The translations under genes were made by a program, and so were the position numbers. DNA of 62,911 nucleotides, the filler included, from Octopus bimaculoides (lineage: Eukaryota): the NCBI RefSeq assembly GCF_001194135.2. It is 4 parts of 4 records of this genome, joined end to end, with 100 filler letters (N's around TTAATTAATTAA, not from the genome) between each part and the next. Parts side by side here need not be neighbours in the genome. Positions count along the whole stretch, not along the records: positions 1 to 30,095 come from NC_068984.1; 3 more parts are not named here. One strand, written 5' to 3'. This document shows positions 12,540-25,011 of the stretch, piece after piece. A model generated the notes under the pieces. That model saw only the letters and a program-made list of their open reading frames with translations, was not told the origin of the DNA and searched no databases. Position 1 is the first letter of the stretch. Each line of letters starts with the position of its first letter.

Positions 12540-12585
12540 GACACCTGATGAAGGCTGGAGGGGATATCAGCCGAAACGTTGTGTT
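12540..12585 (+). ncRNA. Minimal type I hammerhead ribozyme in the Penelope-like terminal repeat
   Basis: GACAC(12540-44) CTGATGA(12545-51) A GGCTG(12553-57) loop CAGCC(12568-72) GAAA(12573-76) CGT T(12580) GTGTT(12581-85). Confidence 0.78.
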
Positions 12586-13190
12586 AACAACAAACAAGAT
12601 GAGGACAAATATCCGTCAAATGTAAATAATGTACATAATTCCTCATCTCTTAAATATAGAACTGAATTTACACTTGTTGGGGTATAAGATATCTTACGGA
12701 ATTTGTTCCGCGTCTCTGTCTTTGAGTTCGAATCCTGCTCCTAAATCGAGAGGCGCCGACTCTTCTGCAAGGAGATACGACCGACAGATAGTATCATACA
12801 CTTACATCCGTCCGTCCTTCCCTCCATCCATACATCAATCCTTACATCCACATAAACACGTGGGTGGGCGCACGCGCAGATATAATCTCTCGGTTGATTG
12901 ATTGGTCTCTTTTTGGCAAGGGAGAGAATCGTCTGCTCAGTTCGTTGGTTTTGCTAGCAAGAGGAATATAAATTTATTAAATTAATATGAATAAATTTTC
13001 TTTCTTTTAAACTTTTCTTTTTATTGTAGAGCTCTTTTAACATTCGCATATAGCTAGGTCAGTTTCTTTAGACATCATCGGAAAGAAGTTTTGTTTCATC
13101 AAATTAAATTATTATTAACTTTTCATGAGTATAAGGTTTACAATGAAAGTATTTCTTTAGCATAAAGACATTATCTTTCACAGTTAAAAC

Positions 13191-13221
<31 letters not shown>

Positions 13222-13222
13222 A

Positions 13223-13254
<32 letters not shown>

Positions 13255-13258
13255 AAGA

Positions 13259-13317
<59 letters not shown>

Positions 13318-13367
13318 AAGAAGAAGAAGAAGAAGAAGAAGAAGAAGAAGAAGAAGAAGAAGAAGAA
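13191..13367. repeat. Compound (TAG)n/(AAG)n microsatellite
   Basis: Direct inspection; source of the poly-L/S/T ORFs. Confidence 0.97.
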
Positions 13368-13617
13368 ACATTTTCTTCTGGGCTACTTTCAAACACAGTC
13401 CACTCTGACGAAAATTAATATTGCTTACCTCATTGAATTTTAGTAAGTACTTGAACAGACAATAGGTAAGACCGGTTGCGGCTTAAGCGGTAGAACTCCG
13501 AACCCATCGTTCTCTCTGCAATGCTGGACAGCTATTTTGATATAGGAGTTGCTTAAGCAACTGTAAAGTGGATTGACTTTGAGACGCTACTCGTCATAGA
13601 CCCATATTTAATCTCAG

Positions 13618-14003
<386 letters not shown>

Positions 14004-16689
14004 CTTAAATCTATATTTAATCTAAACCTTACCCATAAGTCTGCTATATCTGCAAGAGATCAGAAACTTGCAACAAGAACTGCCGTTCTCTAAAGAGAAC
14101 TACAAACCAGAGCTGTGAAGACCCACTTGTCCGATGCTCTCACTACTCACACAAATATTATCCTTTTAACTCCGAAATGAAATTTTGTTTAGTCAAGTAA
14201 TGATGTTAGATATCTACCAAAAAATAGAATTGGTATTTTTGCAAGTCATTTGTTTGAATAAACTTGACGTATCTCAACAGAAAATAGTTTCAAAATATGA
14301 CATTCCTCAACAAATGATATATTGGTATATAAAACTGCTTTCGGCAGTTAAACTTAGTGAAATTTTGAATGGATATATCTCATTTCCATAGTAAAAGGGT
14401 TATAGGACACTAAAACATATCTCTATTTTTCATAAATAGTCTTTCTTAATAATTCATATTTAGGTCATGAGGGTGTATAAATGCCAGTGATTATTTTTCA
14501 AAATATTTTGTGAGGAGTGTCTAGGTTACCGCCACACATGATGACTTCAGTTGCTGAACCTGCTAAAACTATCAGCGAAATCTCACCTGACTATGTTTTA
14601 ATTTGATTTTGATTTTTAAACCAGAAAAAGCAATGCTTATGATTGATTTTTTTCCTTTTCTTTTGTTATTGGCTTAGAAGAGGAAGGAAGGAAATTATCC
14701 TCGAACCAGAGGCTTGGTATGAATGTTTGTTAATGAGTAAACTCGTTTACTGTACCTAAGGATTAGCTAGCGGGATTAAACTGGATGCCGGATTAAATTT
14801 ACAGACAAAGAACTCAGAACGCAATGAACCGAATCAAATACTGCCAATCTATCGCCCTGGCCAGGTACTTTATTTTATCAACCTCGAGATGTTGAAAAGC
14901 AAAGTTAGTCTTGGCGGTATTGGAACTCAAGAATTAATGCCGCCGATATTTTATCATATGCAGCAAATTCGTTGTTAGAAATATTAACCAAATCAGATCT
15001 GTTGTTGATTAGGCTCACGTTGAACTAACTTTGATCATTCCGTCTTTTTTGAGTATCTAGGATGGTTGGGTATGATTATGGGAGATTTACCTCTTACCAT
15101 ATTGACACATTTTCATGGAACCAAAGTTGATTCCTGTACTGTATAATGGCGTAGACATTCTCTACTCTCCTACGCTTCGCTTCTCTGATCGTCGCGTTAC
15201 GAAAATTCTTAATAACACAAATGCTATATACACTTCTGTATTGCATGCTACAAATAAATAATGATTGATATGTTGTGCAGTAGTGAACGGATTCAAGACT
15301 TTTTGTTGCTCTACATTTAATAAACATTATATGTGCGCTAATTTCCATTTCATTTCTCTATAAATCAATGCTTAACCTGAAAATCTCATTGAATTGATAA
15401 CGCTTGAAATCATTACTATATAAACTTTTAGCCACGTCATTGTATTTTCATTTCTTAATTCATAGAGAAAATAATCTCGATATGAGGCCAGACAGGAGTA
15501 TATAGGATCATATATTGCATCCTTCGGCAGTTGTTAAGTGATTATATATTTCATATGACTATTAAACCCCCTATTGATTTATGCAGAGAATAAATTTCCA
15601 AAGATACGTTGGAATTTACAATATGTACAGAAATTGATATATATATAATTGAGAAATTGATAAATAAATATATATTTAATCAACGCTATGCGAAACAAGA
15701 ATGCTGCATATGAGTTTCATGTATGTATGTATGTATGTGTGAATGGATGGATGAATGGATTGATGGGGGGAGAGAGGAAGGGTGGGAGGGCGGATGGTGG
15801 GAGGAATGGATAGAAGGAAGGATAGATGGATGGATAGAGGAAGAATATACCGTCTGGGTAGACAAGGTAGGCGGTATGTACCCATACTAAAACTATAAAT
15901 GTTAATTATTAATTATAAAAAGTAAATGATTTCCAATTCATTATAAACATGCTAATTTTACGCATGGAATTCAGTGTATAATTTCAATAAACGGGTACTT
16001 CTTTGATGTAAGACAGGTATAATTTCCGTTGCTGTTCAAGTCCAATGTATAAATTACATCTAACGATATTAAAACACGCGCGCTTTGAGTTCAGTTCCAC
16101 AATACAAAAATTATAGTGAAAATCGTAGCAGATAAAATATATGCTTATGTTGATTTTATAGAACGGGAATTGTGTGTGTATATAAGTATGTATGTGTATG
16201 TGTGTGTATGTGTGCACGCGCGCTTTACTTACCTCTGTTGATTGAGTCAGTTTTTAGAGACATTGTTTATTTCGTGTGAATATATAAAACAGCATTTCAT
16301 AGGTGTGTTTGTGTGTGTGCGTGCGTGCGCGAGTGTCTATACATGCATAATGTTATACAACCCACTATATATATTTATACATTTTTTTTGTCTCTATAGA
16401 TGTATATGTTTATACAGTTTTACAACTTATCAAGTATCAACCACTGGACAGCAGCGATGGTGAGGCACCGCTAAGAGCTTAGTCGATAACAAAGATACGA
16501 GCACTAGGTTCAATCTGCCACTTATTTTATTGATCACTATTAATCGAATCGTCAAATTACAGGACATAAAGTGACACAACGTAAGCAACATATGGGGAGA
16601 GAAAGCAGGCAGATAGATAAATGTTTGTATATGTATATATACTATACACACACACACACACACACATACCAAACCAGCTCAGGTGAGCA

Positions 16690-17490
16690 TAATGTTTGAA
16701 GGAAGGCAAAGATCACAGAGGACTGCAGGGCAGTGAAACGTATTGTGTTTAAAAGCCATCAGGCTACAGCAGCAAAAGAGATAGCAGAGCTAAACCACCA
16801 TGTTACCAGCATTGTGTCCCCCAAAGTCATAAAACTGGATACCACGGGAGGGCTGCAACTGCTAAAACCTCTCCGATCCCTCATCAACATTGATAAACGG
16901 GGAATAAATGGTGTGTCTATAGCAGTGAGTCCCAATGTGAGTGTATAGCAGAGTCCCAATGTGAATCTATTGCAGTGAGTCTCAATGTACCATACGTCCT
17001 ATCGGTGGGGCCTGCGAAAATTGTGGTGGAGCTTGGGATCAAACATTAAAAAAATTTTTTTAATAGGATTGTGAAAATCTTTTTTTTTTTTTGTTTTGTT
17101 CACAGCAAATATATTACACTTATAATCAGCTTAGCCAAATCAATCCCTCCAGTCAAGGATACAGAGTGAAAACTGTTTGCTACAGTATAGCGTTATTTTA
17201 ATGCTCTAGTGTGGATATTTCTTTAAGGGAAGTATATAAATATTAAATATTAAAAATAAAGTTGTTTTTTTCCCAACCACCAATGGAGTTATACATTTTT
17301 CTGGAAAGTTATAGTGGGGGGAAATAGATTGGGAAACACTGGTCTACACTATCAGAAGTGGTCAATGGCTTGATGCAACAATGTCAGTTTCTCCGACGAA
17401 TCATTATTCACCCTTTTCCTACACTTTGGAGCGAGTTTATGCCGGGAGATACCCGAAAGAAGAACTTCTCGTATCCATTAATAGCAACAG
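16690..17490 (+). mobile_element. Decayed Tc1-family transposase fragments (16690-16950 and 17355-17490)
   Basis: GRKAKIT..KRIV..ATAAK..AELNHH..VSPK..GYHGRAA.AKPL (Tc1 HTH region), followed by NVSFSDES.FTLF..RVY (first DDE aspartate). Confidence 0.7.
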
Positions 17491-17530
17491 AATCATATGC
17501 TTTCTGATAATGTAGCTAACTTCCAGCTAA

Positions 17531-17826
17531 ATTTCTTCAATGTAGTCGCACGGCTAACGTAGCAGTTTGTTGATTCTCTGTTACTCAGCACAACCCCTAA
17601 TTTCTTTCTTTTCAATTGTTTGCTTGGCTGTAATTATCTTGTTACAATCACAGCGATTACTGCAGGAATAGGTGTTCTGATAGACTGTATATATTTTATA
17701 CATTGGATTATGATGCGCAGTTGACTGGTAGTACTTCGCTGCATAGATTTATTATTCGGCATCGGATTTGTTCCTCTAATACCAACTATCTTAGTACATA
17801 GACACGGGCGCAAACACGCACGCACA

Positions 17827-17880
<54 letters not shown>
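17531..17880. repeat. Unclassified ~285-bp repeat plus (CA)n, copy 2
   Basis: Direct repeat of 13618-14001. Confidence 0.9.
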
Positions 17881-17883
<3 letters not shown>

Positions 17884-19111
17884 AGAGGGTTCATTAAAGA
17901 TTACCCCTGACTTGCTTCCATTTATTGCAGGAAACGGAACTTGTACAGGTATAATCATACATGTTTCTACAAGTCACATTATAAGTTGTAACTTTCCACA
18001 AGTATTTATTTGTCTTTTGCGGCTGCTAAGTGGACTAAGGTGTTATAATGGAGGCAGTTGAATGCAGATCAGTGATCAGGTCCTTATACTTGAAAGGTCG
18101 TACACCAAGAACTTTCGATGAGATGAAAGAGGTTTATGGTTACGATGCACCATCATACGGCATAGTCAAGCACTAGCATCCCCAGTTTAAATGTGGTCGG
18201 GCATCGGTGGAGACACCATCCATAAAGTGAAAGCTGCCATCTTGGAGGATCACCGCATAATCATTCAGCAACTAGCCCAAGAAGTGAAGATAAGTGTAGG
18301 GTCCGTGGAAAAAATCATTCACGGCCATTTACATATGTGGAGGTTGTCTGCACGATGGATTCCCCAGATGCTCACACATTTTCAGGAGCAGAAATGAGTC
18401 AATTGCTCCCAGACTCTTTTGGCAAGGTGCCAAGAAAATGAGAACTTTTTCCGCAAGATGAAACATCGGTCCATCAGTATGATCCTGAGACTGAAGTCCA
18501 GTCGAAGCAACAGAAGCACGATTACTCACCACCTGCAAAGAAGGCTCGTGTCCAATCCTCAGCAGGCAAGGTGATGCCCACAGTCTTTTGGGACCAGCGC
18601 GGTGTAGTGATGATGGATTTTCTGGCAAAGGATACCACAATTAACAGGGCATATTATGATTCTCTGCTGCAAAAATTGCGAAATGCCACCAAAGCAGAGA
18701 GGTGTGGTATGCTGACCGAAAGAGTCCACCTCCTTCATGACAACATCCCAGTTCACAATATACATGTTGCCCAGATGAAAGCACACTCCTGCAGTTATGA
18801 AATCCTTCTTCGTCCCCCTTACTCTCTCGACCTCGCACCATTTGTCTTCTACCTCTTTCCAACCATGAAATCTGTTTTGAACGGGAAGCACTTTTCAGAT
18901 GATGATAAACTTATTTCCGCGGTAAATTCTTGGCTCCAGATGTAACATACAGACTTCCACAGACGAGGTCTTCACAGCTGCATAAAGTGATAGGAGAAGT
19001 GTATCACCATTGGTGGTGGCTGTGTAGAGAAAGAATAATAATTATACCAAGTTTCGTTTATCCCAATCTTTGGGAAGTGGGTTTGGGGAAATCTTCAATG
19101 AACACCTCTCG
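17881..19111 (+). mobile_element. Full-length but decayed mariner (DD34D-type) DNA transposon, ~1.23 kb
   Basis: Imperfect TIRs cgaagagggttcattaaagattacccc (17881-) and ggggaaatcttcaatgaacacctctcg (-19111), followed by TA. Transposase remnants include SARWIPQML, DETSVHQYDPET, GKVMPTVFWD, LLHDN and PPYSLDLAP, with stops and frameshifts. Confidence 0.92.
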
Positions 19112-19499
19112 TATACCCCTCACACACACATTTAAATATAAATGTAAATGTTTTCGCAAATAAGATTGTTCTTCAGTTTCGAAGCTCCGATGAAGTTATA
19201 GGGTGTAAGCAAATGAAGTTCATGACATAGTTTTCTTACTTCCTTGCCATTTTAACTTCTTACACACACACACACATTCAGACATACACGCGCGTGCGCG
19301 CACGCACACACACACAAACACAGATAGAAGAGATTGATGAAATCAAAAAGTCAATGTTTTTTGTATTAGTAGCAGTCACCGAAGTAATCCGTTTTTTTTT
19401 ATTCTTCTCAATCAAAGTCTCAATGACGTATATCATTATTGATAATACATAATTAAGATTGTAATGCTAGAATAATACTTTATTCTAGCTACGCGGTAT

Positions 19500-19900
19500 T
19501 TCACTTAAGTTCATTTTTCTCTCTCCTGATTTACTCCGGAATGAATCCTTATCTCTGATTTTTCTTTATTGTCTTTCACCTCTCTCTGTAGACAGCTGTT
19601 TGATTTCAACGGGATTTCTTGTGGATTATTTGTCTTTCAGCTACTATTTTCTGATGGTGAAGTTTTTCATTAACAGCTTTTAACTCCTGTTTGAGAAGGA
19701 TCAGTTTATATTCAAGATTTATCTTTTTGCTTATCTCCGTCCAACATTTCTGTAATATTTTTTCAAATTTTGTTGGAAAGAATAGCTATTCTCTTGTTTG
19801 TGTTTGATAATAATCGCTAATGCAATTGATCCAGAAGTTCATTCTCCATCCCCCATTGTTTTGCCTTGTATCTTCAAGTAACTGTTTAACAATTGTTTAT
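19500..19900 (-). mobile_element. Possible old R4/Dong-like LINE coding fragment
   Basis: Minus frame LILLKQELKAVNEKLHHQK..ERQII.KK..NQTAVYR resembles the pre-RT region of RLE-type LINEs; weak. Confidence 0.35.
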
Positions 19901-19923
19901 AAACAAAAGGTGTTTATTGGCAT

Positions 19924-20305
19924 TGTTAGCACGCCGTCGCTTACGGCGTCGCGGGTTCCAGTTGATCCGATCAACGGAACAGCCTGCTCGTGAAATTAAC
20001 GTGCAAGTGGCTGAGCACTCCACAAACACGTGTACCCTTAACGTAGTTCTCGGTGATATTCAGCGTGACACAGTGTGACAAGGCTGACCCTTTGAATTAC
20101 AGGCACAACAGAAACAGGAAGTAAGAGTGAGAGAAAGTTGTGGTGAAAGAGTACAGCAGGATTCGCCACCATCCCCTGCCGGAGCCTCGTGGAGCTTTAG
20201 GTGTTTTCGCTCAATAAACACTCACAACGCCCGGTCTGGGAATCGAAACCGCGATCCTATGGCCGCGAGTTAGCTGCCCTAACCACTGGGCCATTGCACC
20301 TCCAC
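19924..20305 (-). mobile_element. Full-length tRNA-derived SINE, family C (382 bp), with 12-bp TSD
   Basis: TSD gtttattggcat at 19912-19923 and 20306-20317. A box TGGCCCAGTGG (20283-20293), B box GGTTTCGATTCC (20239-20250), 3' stem-loop ACGCCGT/ACGGCGT (19931-19949). Confidence 0.92.
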
Positions 20306-20347
20306 GTTTATTGGCATAAACGAGGGTTTAATACTCACTGAATAGCT

Positions 20348-20586
20348 CAGTGGTTCTCGACCATATTTTGACCCATGGACTCCTTATTGTATTCAGGTGA
20401 ACCCTAATAGCCATTCGACGTTTAAAAGCTCCCATTTATATTTTTATAATTAAGTTTTATCAGGAATTGTATTAAAAAATATTGTTAAAATATTTTGTGC
20501 ATTGCAGAAGTATAACCAACCTAATTTGATAATAAAATCTTATATTGACCTCCAAGGGTCATATGAACCCCATTTAAGAACCACTG
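20348..20586. mobile_element. hAT-type MITE
   Basis: TIRs CAGTGGTTCT / AGAACCACTG; internal sequence homologous to 25012-25264; TSD degenerate (5 of 8). Confidence 0.75.
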
Positions 20587-21284
20587 GTAGAGTTAATCAC
20601 CATCAATATCAACTTCGTAGGTTTCTTATCATTGGTAGTTGAATATAGTCTGTCTTACATCCGTAGTATTAGGAACTAACAAGCTTTCTTTTGAAAAGAC
20701 TTCGATAAGAATAACTTGCTCCAGTCATAGTTACCGTGGCAGCTAGATGTAGACGACTAACTTTACTGCGAGCTAACATAATGACTTCTATAGGTTTGTT
20801 ATAGAACGTGATGTCATAAATGTTATGGCAATGCGTGCTTTATTTACTGTAATTTATTGTTTGTTTATTGTTGTTTCTACACTGCTCCCACTTCTGCAAC
20901 AAAATTTTAATCAGCAAACACTCCTCTTGCATGATAGTAGCGTTGCTTGATGACGTAATTGTTTTACCGGGAAATACTTAAATTCTTGTATGAAGTTCAT
21001 CTCAGAATATTTTCACTTAATTTATATAATCAGCATTCATTTTTATGTCATTTTGTAGCAGTTATTTTCTTGCCCTTTTAAAGCAATTATAAAATTCATT
21101 ATTGACTTCATTTTATTTTACTTGCCCCAATGTTTTTTTTGTTTTTGTTATTCGCTAGTGTTGTTAATATCGTCGGATATGCAGAAACAAAAGATTGCAC
21201 GATCTTGAATGAAACAGTCACTAAAATGAGTGTTATCAGAACAATATCTGGTTATTTAACCACCACCACCATAATAATAATAAT

Positions 21285-21808
21285 GCCAGGCACTGGCTTT
21301 TATGGCTTCTGATCTTATCTGATTGGAAGTGTTATCATGTACATTGTTTTGTCTTGGTATAAAAGATATTCCGTTCACAGACTTGTTTGTCAGTTGTTTG
21401 ACCATAACCAGTTGAACATGTCCCTTGGTGACTGACGATATGTGCATCTCTGATCACGAGCAGAAGCAGTGGGGAAGCATCACAGCCATGTGTTGAGAGG
21501 AATTCTTTGGGGATTGAGTAATTCACCTCTGGAAAGGTAGATGTTTCGTTCAACATCCTTAAACAACCCTTATTCAGGGAACTTCTAAACGGGATGGGCT
21601 ACTCGATCTGAAGAAAATTCTAACTGGGTCCCACCTGTAAGGTCATGTGCTGTTTATCTTATGATATGAGATTACCATGTTACGCACATATGGTTGTGAT
21701 GCATGTACCTGGAGTACCCTTATCAGACGGGTAGACATGATGGGTATATTGGGCTTCGAATATTTTACTCCGGTATCACTTTGATGACATGCGCTGCTAT
21801 CTCACTCA
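21285..21808 (+). mobile_element. ~525-bp non-coding interspersed element bracketed by (AAT)n and (AAC)n
   Basis: Collinear homolog on the opposite strand at 47449-48003; no ORF and no tRNA head recognised. Confidence 0.8.
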
Positions 21809-21832
21809 GCAACCACAACAACAACACAACAA

Positions 21833-21864
<32 letters not shown>

Positions 21865-21889
21865 CGACAAAAACAACAACAACAACAAC

Positions 21890-21925
<36 letters not shown>

Positions 21926-23640
21926 CAACAAAAATAGCAACAACAAATTAGTAATAATAAACTATACAATACCAGTCTTTGTATCACTGGTTTAAGGATT
22001 TGACCATAGACCATACTGATATCTAATTTTTGGTGCATTAGCCAAGGTAAGAGTTCTAAACTGCCAACCGTAGTGTTGTATCAACTCAGACATATACATG
22101 TGCATATAAATACATCCAGTCTTATATGTATATATAGTCAAATACTACAAATACTGGGGGAAAGAGAAAAAATAGGCAAAGGAAAAATATTAAGATGTTA
22201 TCTTGAGCATTCTATAAAGGTGTAATCATTGATAATAAAGAGAAACAGAAACGACCATGAAATACATATAAGAATGTATAAGTAAATATATATATATATA
22301 NNNNNNNNNNNNNNNNNNNNNNNNNNNNNNNNNNNNNNNNNNNNNNNNNNNNNNNNNNNNNNNNNNNNNNNNNNNNNNNNNNNNNNNNNNNNNNNNNNNN
22401 NNNNNNATATATATAAACAAAAGCACTCCCCATTACTATCGAACCTCGCCTGGAGGCTCAAATAAAATGGAGTGGAGTATACGGCCCACCGGTCTATTAT
22501 AAAAAATGCTGCACCTATACAACAGAGCATCACGGGCAAGTAACTTATGCCTAGAAGAAACTCTGGAAATCATAATAGACACTCCGAGGGGATCATATCA
22601 TGTAAACATAAAAACAAAACATTGTTTCTGGAATTTGAAAAAAACATTTTAAAACGGAATAATATGAACCGCCCTCTGCATATTATAGAACAGAAAAGAA
22701 ACACAAACAAATAAACAAACCAACCAGCATTTTGGATACTGTACACCGTATCACTGTATCATCAGAAGTAATTAAAAGGTCGCCCTAAGAAAGTATTATT
22801 TATCAATTCAGACAATAAACTCCAACAGCTGATGGCTGTAGTGGGTGTACCCGCTGACCTGTTTACTGCAGAATTTATTGAGGAGAGTCATGCCTTAAAT
22901 GAGATCGAACAAAGGAATGTACTACTCATCCTTGACATCTGCAGACTGAATAGCAAAATAAGTCCAACGTCATATAATAAAATAAGTCCAACACATATAA
23001 TAACCATATAACTACCATTCATTCCTCTCTTTCCATCACCAAATACACCCAGAAATACCCACATAAGTCAATCAACCTTCTCACTGGTTAAAAGGGATAA
23101 ACAACCCTCAGTTAAACACACATTAATGTTATATCGCCTGAAGAAATGAATTCATGAAGATGATCTACCCGATGCCCATGGATACTAAGGACTACACTGT
23201 AATCATCCCAGGAATACGGACTGTGTTCTCAAGCGACATGTGCTTTGTGGAAACGTGCGTTGCAATGCATTAGATGTTTATAAATTCCATCCAAAGATTG
23301 TTGTTGTTATTACTATATTTATCCTGCATTATATCGGTACAGCTCGATGCAACTCCAAAAAACTGGTCCACCAGTCAGCATTATTGGACCGTGGCCGGCA
23401 TAATGGAATATAATCTTTATTTGCATATTCAAAACGTTTCCCGTGAACAAATTTAAAAGATATATATATATATAGTGTATGAATGTGTGCGTATGCATTT
23501 TTGCGTTTGTGTCTGTATCCATGTACATATTTATGTTTGTGTATGCCCGTCATTTAGAGGTTTGATAAAAATAAATCGATAAAATTACACTAGATTAAAA
23601 ATATACATATGATGGATGCTTCATCATGATCACAATCCGG

Positions 23641-23939
23641 TGAACTTCATTATTTTACAACTATATCGGCTATAAGATGCAATGCACTCATAGTTGAATG
23701 CTTGTCTATCACCCTATAACTCCATCAGAGCTTCAAACATGAAGTGCAGTTTTATTTGGGAGAACATATCCTTTTTCACTGGTAGTGCTTTTCTTTGTAA
23801 ATACAAATGTAAACGTTCTTCCAAATAAATCTGCACTTCATATTTAAATCTCCGATGAAGCTATAGACTGATACTTAAGCATTTAACTTTGAGTGCATTG
23901 CATCTTATCGCAGAAACAGTTGTAAACTAATGAAGTTCA
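23641..23939. mobile_element. Foldback MITE with ~126-bp inverted arms
   Basis: 23641-23766 is the reverse complement of 23812-23939 at roughly 80% identity (tgaacttcatta..ataagatgcaatgcactca..atgaagtgcag..). A deleted relative lies at about 19140-19230. Confidence 0.85.
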
Positions 23940-24079
23940 TAACATGATTGTTTATTCATTCATCATTCTAATCTCCTATTACTGCTCTGTACTCGTTCTG
24001 AAGCATATGTATATTGAGTTCTAAATTTTGACTGGTCATCTACTAGGTAGCAAGGTTGTAAAGGAAAGAATCCTTCTTT

Positions 24080-24111
<32 letters not shown>

Positions 24112-25011
24112 TGTATGTATGTATGTATGTATGTATGTCATTTATCAGTTTTATTTCAAAATTTCTCGCCAATAGAGAAAGAACTAGTTTCTAACATAGA
24201 TCCGAAGTGGAAGTTAGTAATTTATGTATCTCTACATGCATGTATATAGAATGTATGTATGTATGTATGTATGTATGTATGTATGTATGTATGTATGTAT
24301 GTATGTATGTATGTATGTATATGCGCATTCTCTTGACTGGAATATAAGGATATTAACCAGCTACCTGATCGATAGGAATATTGTTAAGAAAGGATATTAC
24401 ATGATTTTTTTAAATGTGCTTTTATTCTTTTTGTCATTCTTGCAACCATTCAGCCTTTAAATTTCAAGAGCTTGCATATTTTTGTTGACCCAGATATTGT
24501 GATTATTACAACCGGTCAGATCTTGGAGGTTTAGAGGATCTTTTTTTCATTTATTAGATAAATTGCAAATCTCCTACTCTTGACTGCAGAAGTATAGCCT
24601 TCGAAATATGCCGAATGCAAGAAAGGCTTATACTTAATGCTATTTTTAGTATCATCCTTAAGTTTACGAGACATGCTTGTGCATAAGTTTTTCTAGTTTT
24701 TGATAAAGCGCTCCTTTTAAAGGGCTTTGTTGTGGTATGCAGTCCATTCATTCTGGGACCTCGTGGAATGTCATCAGTAGGTGAGTGTTTTATGAGGTTC
24801 GCTACCGTCCTGTAGAATGCATGCATACATGTATGTATGTATGTGCGCGCGTATGTACGCATGTACATACGTACATATATATATATATGTATGTTTTTTC
24901 CTTCCTGTCAGGAATTTTAGTATAAAAATGGTCTTGTTTTCTACATAATCTTTTTGTTCAATCATTTTCCTTTTAAAGTTTTATTGTCCCAGACATCAGA
25001 ATTATCTATAG

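Larger units (their letters stand above)
10308..12664 (-). mobile_element. Penelope-like retroelement complex (RT + GIY-YIG) with three copies of its terminal repeat
   Basis: Frameshifted minus-strand ORF at about 11989-10564 has PPHTYGLPKIHK..LRPIVS, SLDVISLFTKVP, QEEGLAMGSPLSP, LRYVDDTF and the GIY-YIG motif VYSIPCSCGRLYKGET..RVEEH, ending EHHWKIRKLK..DRRY*. Terminal repeat copies lie at about 10308-10525 (-), 11989-12121 (+) and 12371-12664 (+). An ORF N-terminal piece lies on + at 12122-12370. Confidence 0.93.

Noticed and set aside
16919-16990. Short tandem arrays (about 25 bp x3 here; 11 bp x4 at about 52395-52450; about 24-bp units at 49585-49795) as CRISPR-like arrays
   Set aside because: Units are contiguous with no unique spacers, the context is eukaryotic and no cas genes are present.
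21789-21995. Poly-Q/N/T and poly-L/V/C/Y ORFs (also 13171-13396, 47972-48245, 49135-49380, 54380-54731)
   Set aside because: Translations of trinucleotide microsatellites with no flanking domain or splice evidence.
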